DNA from: Fidelibacterota bacterium
GTDB lineage: Bacteria; Fidelibacterota; Marinisomatia; Marinisomatales; S15-B10
Direction of reading: 5' to 3'
Length of the DNA: 21,063 nt
NCBI GenBank assembly: GCA_046861655.1
Contig: JBHIAI010000019.1
Coordinates: forward strand, 1-21,063
The stretch's first letter is position 1. The number at the start of each line of letters is the position of its first letter. This document shows, piece by piece, positions 16,859-21,063 of this stretch. Made by a program: the position numbers and the translations under genes. The notes under the pieces were generated by a model that searched no databases, was not told where the DNA came from, and was given only the letters and a program-made list of their open reading frames with translations.

Positions 16859-18162
16859 CACGCCTCTTCGTACCGTTCTCCCCAGAGGTGTTTCAGTCTC
16901 CTTCGAATGAAGTCTTCGTACCCTTCCCCGGTGGGGCGGTAGAAGACTGTCGGTTTCATCGTTTCGGGAAAGTACGAGGTCTTTGCGAAGTGCTGGGGGA
17001 AGTCATGGGGATACTCATAATCTTTCCCATGGCCGAGTGTTTCCATGAGTCTCGTGGGTGCGTTCCTTAAATGGAGGGGAACGGGGGAAGTTCCGTCCTG
17101 CCGGATCTTCCGCGAGGCCTGGCGAACGGCCAGGTAGCTGGCGTTGGACTTAGGGGCCGCGGCCAGATAGGTGGTTACCTGGGCCAGAATGAGGGAAGCT
17201 TCCGGCATTCCGATAACATGAACAGCGTTGAATCCGGCGGTAGCTAAGGGGAGGGCTTGAGGATCGGCGTTTCCAATATCCTCCGATGCCAGGATGATGA
17301 GGCGCCTGCCGATGAATTCGGGCTGTTCTCCCCCCTCCAGCATAACGGCCAGCCAGTATATGGCGGCATCGGGATCGCTTCCCCGGACGGACTTGATGAA
17401 GGCGGAAATGGTGTCGTAGTGATAGTCCCCGGCCTTGTCGTAGATAACGCTCTTGGCCTGGAGAGCTTCTTCGAGAATCTTCTGAGTAATGACGTGCGTA
17501 TGGTCCTTGGAAGCCGTCAGGAAAAGAGCCCCCTCCAGAGCGTTCAACATCTTCCGGGCGTCTCCCCCAGCGGATCGAATCAGGGCCTTCCGGGTTCCCT
17601 CCTTGAAGAGGATCTTCTTTTTCCGCAACAGGATGTCGGACTTCTGGGCCCGGGTCAGGATGGTGTCCAGGTCTTGTTCTCTGAGGCTTTCCAGCTTCAG
17701 AACCCGGCAGCGGGAAAGGAGGGGCGGGGTTACCTCGAAAGAGGGATTGTCCGTGGTGGCCCCCATGAAAACGAGGCTTCCCTGTTCCACGGCGTGGAGG
17801 AGGGAGTCCTGCTGGGATTTGTTGAACCGGTGGATTTCATCGATAAACAGGATCGTATTCCTGTGCATTCTGAAACCGGTCTTACCTTGTTCGATAATCT
17901 TTCGCACATCCCGGACACCGGCCGAGACGGCGGAGATTTCGTAAAAGTCGGCGTCCGTTTCCCGGGCGATGATCTTGGCCAGGGTGGTTTTTCCCGTTCC
18001 GGGGGGACCCCAGAAAATGAGGCTGAACGGTTCGTTGTATGCCGCGGCTTCTCTGAGAAGGCTTCCCTGCTTGACCAGATGCCGTTGACCGACAAAATCG
18101 TCAAACCCTCTGGGTCGAACCCTGTCGGCGAGGGGAGGCAACCTAGATCGTGGGTTGTCCAT
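16858..18162 (-). CDS. rarA: Replication-associated recombination protein A (MgsA AAA+ ATPase)
   Basis: PLADRVRP, WGPPGTGKTT, FIDEIHRFNKSQQD, HYDTISAFIKSVRGSDPDAA, ASEDIGNADP, PKSNASY, VPLHLRNAPT, YEYPHD. Confidence 0.96.
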   Translation of the reverse strand: MDNPRSRLPPLADRVRPRGFDDFVGQRHLVKQGSLLREAAAYNEPFSLIFWGPPGTGKTTLAKIIARETDADFYEISAVSAGVRDVRKIIEQGKTGFRMHRNTILFIDEIHRFNKSQQDSLLHAVEQGSLVFMGATTDNPSFEVTPPLLSRCRVLKLESLREQDLDTILTRAQKSDILLRKKKILFKEGTRKALIRSAGGDARKMLNALEGALFLTASKDHTHVITQKILEEALQAKSVIYDKAGDYHYDTISAFIKSVRGSDPDAAIYWLAVMLEGGEQPEFIGRRLIILASEDIGNADPQALPLATAGFNAVHVIGMPEASLILAQVTTYLAAAPKSNASYLAVRQASRKIRQDGTSPVPLHLRNAPTRLMETLGHGKDYEYPHDFPQHFAKTSYFPETMKPTVFYRPTGEGYEDFIRRRLKHLWGERYEEA

Positions 18163-18325
18163 GCCGAGTGAATTTAGACCAGGACCGAGGGAAAATCAAT
18201 CGGATGCATTGATTATGGCGATCTGAACCGATAAATTTCCTCTGAACAATCGGCTCTCGATCGTGGGTAAATTATGGAGCGTTCCAAGGAGATCGCCCTG
18301 GTGCCCCGGCACAGGTCGGGATCCC

Positions 18326-18353
18326 TTGCGATGACGAGGAAAGATAGTATGGT
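18326..18353 (+). promoter_or_regulatory. Possible sigma70 promoter for the FKBP-terB-pflX unit
   Basis: TTGCGA (18326-18331), 16-nt spacer, TATGGT (18348-18353), in the divergent intergenic region. Confidence 0.3.
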
Positions 18354-18381
18354 GGCAAGGGAACATGGAAAGGAGGAGAGG

Positions 18382-18795
18382 ATGATTACCCGGCTGACTG
18401 TGTTGATGGTCGGTTTGGCCATGGTGATGGGATGCGCCCGGGAAAAGCCAACCGGTGGGGTCACCACATCCACAGGATTGAAATACGTGGACATGGTGGC
18501 AGGCCAGGGAGATTCTCCCGAACCGGGCCAGAAGGTAACGGTTCACTACACCGGATGGCTGGAAGACGGAACCAAGTTTGACAGCTCCGTGGACAGGAAC
18601 GTTCCTTTTACGTTTGTCATTGGAACGGGACGTGTGATCAAAGGATGGGATGAGGGGGTGATGACCATGAAAGTAGGCGGTAAGCGGAGGTTGACCATTC
18701 CTCCCGGGCTGGCCTATGGCAAGAAGGGTGTGGGTCCCATTCCTCCTGATGCCACCCTGATTTTTGAAGTGGAACTGCTGGGCATTGAACCGTAG
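18382..18795 (+). CDS. FKBP-type peptidyl-prolyl isomerase, probable lipoprotein
   Basis: [51 protein letters not shown] before ATG 18382; hydrophobic signal ending VMG-C. Confidence 0.93.
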   Translation: MITRLTVLMVGLAMVMGCAREKPTGGVTTSTGLKYVDMVAGQGDSPEPGQKVTVHYTGWLEDGTKFDSSVDRNVPFTFVIGTGRVIKGWDEGVMTMKVGGKRRLTIPPGLAYGKKGVGPIPPDATLIFEVELLGIEP

Positions 18796-18886
18796 GGGAG
18801 GGTAGTCCGGTGTACGGAATAACCCTCGTGACGCATCCGTCCATGTTCAGGATTCATTGGGCGAGTTGTCGGGGCGTACTTCACGG

Positions 18887-19354
18887 ATGCTGAAGGCCAT
18901 TCAAAGATTCTTCAATGACCATATTGTGACGGAGGTGCCCGAGGATGACACCTCAGGGGGGCATGAATCTGTCCCCCTGGCGGTGTGCGCTCTTTTGCTG
19001 GAAATGGCTCATGTGGATGGTGAGTTCGGTGAGGAGGAAATGGCGGATATCATAAATCTGATGAAAGAAGAGTTTGAGGTGGATTCAGAACAGATCCACC
19101 AACTCATGGCCCTGGCCCAGCAGGAACGGGAGGAGAAGATAGATCTGTGGCAGTTTACCCGGCTGATTCACGACCGTTGTGACCGGGGGGAAAAGATAAG
19201 AATCCTGGAAACGTTGTGGTCTGTCGTGTATTCAGACGGTATTCTGGACGCCCACGAGGATTATCTCATGCATAAGCTGGCCAGTGTGCTGGATCTCAGA
19301 CACCAGGATCTGATCGACGCCAAACTTCGGATTCTGGAGGGCGGGAATGGCTGA
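18887..19354 (+). CDS. TerB family (tellurite resistance/DjlA N-terminal-like) protein
   Basis: LAVCALLLEMAHVDGEF..EE, DLWQFT, LWSVVYSDG.LDAHED..MHKLA..L. Confidence 0.85.
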   Translation: MLKAIQRFFNDHIVTEVPEDDTSGGHESVPLAVCALLLEMAHVDGEFGEEEMADIINLMKEEFEVDSEQIHQLMALAQQEREEKIDLWQFTRLIHDRCDRGEKIRILETLWSVVYSDGILDAHEDYLMHKLASVLDLRHQDLIDAKLRILEGGNG

Positions 19355-20315
19355 CGGACCGTCCCCCGGGACATGGCCCCGTTATCTCGAAGCTTATGAG
19401 TCGGGGGTTCTCCATGAAAAGGTAGGTCGGGCCCTTGAGATGCTGGAGTCATGCCGGGTGTGTCCCCGGGACTGCGGTGTGAACAGGTTAGAGAACCAGT
19501 GGGCGGTCTGCAAGAGTGGGCGGTATGCCACGGTGAGCAGCTTTTCCCCCCATTTTGGTGAGGAAGATTGTCTCCGGGGTTGGAAGGGTTCCGGTACCAT
19601 TTTCTTTTCACACTGCAATCTAAAGTGTGTTTTCTGTCAGAACGCCCATATCAGTCAGAAAGGGTCGGGGGCAGATGTTAGCCCGGATCAGTTGGCTAGC
19701 ATGATGGTGGCTCTTCAGAAGAGGGGATGTCATAACATCAACTTCGTCACTCCAGAACATGTGGTTCCACAGATTCTGGAGGCTCTTCCCCTGGCAATCG
19801 AAATGGGGCTTCATCTTCCTCTCGTCTACAACACCAGTGCTTTTGATTCTCTCGAAAGCCTCCAGCTCCTGGATGGGCTGGTGGATATCTACATGCCTGA
19901 CTTCAAGTTCTGGGACCCGGAGCTGGCCAGACGGTATGTGAAGGCGGTGAACTATCCGGAGACCGCCAGAGTGGCCATCAAAGAGATGGTCCGCCAGGTG
20001 GGTGATCTTCAGTTTGATGAAAACGGACTGGCCACCCGGGGGGTTCTGGTGCGGCATCTGGTCATGCCGGGATTGGAGGAGGATTCCCGCCAAATCTTTC
20101 AGTTTCTCGCCAGAAACATTTCGCCGGACACCTTCGTCAACGTTATGGGCCAGTACAGGCCGGCCCACAGGGTTGACAGTACATCCTACTCCGAAATCAA
20201 CCGTTCAGTAAGGACGGACGAACTGTTCCACGCCATTCAGCTGGCCCAACGCTCGGGCCTTCACCGGCTTGACGGTCCCCAGCGGCGGGTGGCGGTCAGG
20301 ATTTCAGGGTCTTAG
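19347..20315 (+). CDS. pflX: Radical SAM protein, PflX family
   Basis: CRVCPRDCGVNR, HFGEE.CL.G..GSGTIFFSHCNLKCVFCQN, HNINFVTPEH, DIYMPDFK, VRHLVMP, NVMGQYRP. Confidence 0.88.
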   Translation: MADGPSPGTWPRYLEAYESGVLHEKVGRALEMLESCRVCPRDCGVNRLENQWAVCKSGRYATVSSFSPHFGEEDCLRGWKGSGTIFFSHCNLKCVFCQNAHISQKGSGADVSPDQLASMMVALQKRGCHNINFVTPEHVVPQILEALPLAIEMGLHLPLVYNTSAFDSLESLQLLDGLVDIYMPDFKFWDPELARRYVKAVNYPETARVAIKEMVRQVGDLQFDENGLATRGVLVRHLVMPGLEEDSRQIFQFLARNISPDTFVNVMGQYRPAHRVDSTSYSEINRSVRTDELFHAIQLAQRSGLHRLDGPQRRVAVRISGS

Positions 20316-21063
20316 ACCAGCCGTAACTCACCAACCCAACACCTAGAGCAGAGAAGACGACGCCAGGGATGGCCGCCAGGTAGGGTTGAAGCAAGGCTTC
20401 CCGGATATCCCCCATGATCATCAGGGTTCCTACGGCAAGGGGAACCAGGAAGAGGGCGTAACGGAAGACCAGCCAGTAGGCCAGAAACAGAACGGCCCCG
20501 GTGATCAGGCTGGCCACGATCCACTGGGGAACGGTGGTGAGATCGAGGGATCCGCTGATGACGATTCCCATGAAAATCCAGAGGAGTCCCGTCACCGTTT
20601 TTCTCCGGGTCCAGTTCTGGGTGAACTGATGGGCAGCCAGAAAAATGAGCAAGAAGAGGGTGGTGTACACGAGGGTCTTTGTCAGCGATTCAAGGCCCAT
20701 CCCCAGAAGGGGGATATAGGCAGACGCCGGGGCGTAGGAAGGCCACCGGGGGGCCAGGGAAGGTGTCAAAGCGGAGACCGCAGCTGAGATTCCCGCCACC
20801 GCTGCACCCAGGGCGATTCCCCACAGGAAGGGAGGAATGTTCGTCCTGGGGCGCGGGGTAGATCCCTTCTCCTGGGAGTGTGTATAGGCGATGATGAGAC
20901 CCAGGGCCACGGATAAGAACAACGCTCCCACGACGGAAAAGGCCAGGGTGACGAGTATCTGGGTAGCGAAGGGCTGGGACGTCAGGAACCGGGATATGGC
21001 GTCAGGCCACGTATTGATGGTGTCCAATAACCTGACGCCGAGAATCAGGCCTGAGAACTTCAG
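20296..21063 (-). CDS. C-terminal part of a polytopic membrane protein (start beyond window end), function not assignable
   Basis: The frame is open from the window edge (LKFSGLILGVRLLDTINTWP...) to the stop at 20296 and has 7 or more hydrophobic helices. It overlaps the pflX 3' end convergently by 20 nt. Confidence 0.7.
   Translation of the reverse strand: MKFSGLILGVRLLDTINTWPDAISRFLTSQPFATQILVTLAFSVVGALFLSVALGLIIAYTHSQEKGSTPRPRTNIPPFLWGIALGAAVAGISAAVSALTPSLAPRWPSYAPASAYIPLLGMGLESLTKTLVYTTLFLLIFLAAHQFTQNWTRRKTVTGLLWIFMGIVISGSLDLTTVPQWIVASLITGAVLFLAYWLVFRYALFLVPLAVGTLMIMGDIREALLQPYLAAIPGVVFSALGVGLVSYGWSKTLKS

Noticed and set aside
18887..19354. ter operon or defence island
   Set aside because: A single TerB-family gene among housekeeping genes, with no other ter or defence genes.

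Overview
This is GC-rich bacterial chromosomal DNA, mostly housekeeping genes. Gene content (alpha2-type GlyRS, Bacteroidetes-style LptD, NatAB) suggests an FCB-group organism such as Ca. Marinimicrobia; this is inference. Gene order on +: yjbQ (3' end), natA/natB ABC pair, higBA toxin-antitoxin, topA, ccmH-like, glyQS, Yip1, GT2, and a nucleosidase/SPL-like radical SAM fusion. On -: rarA, OstA-LptD, DUF2007-like, hisS. Then on +: FKBP, terB-like and pflX-like, converging on a partial membrane protein. No rRNA, tRNA, CRISPR or transposase was seen. Main points: (1) a translationally coupled GT2 plus a radical SAM enzyme of the spore photoproduct lyase fold that lacks the H-donor Cys and is fused to an MTA/SAH-nucleosidase-like domain; (2) a family of structured palindromic repeats (2185-2223, 2926-3095, 10821-11228), with a related 45-nt hairpin inserted in frame in topA; (3) 7-, 8- and 9-mer tandem repeat tracts between genes and at the lptD 5' end; (4) single-base anomalies, namely a TGA inside the last TopA zinc ribbon and a Walker A K->N in NatA.
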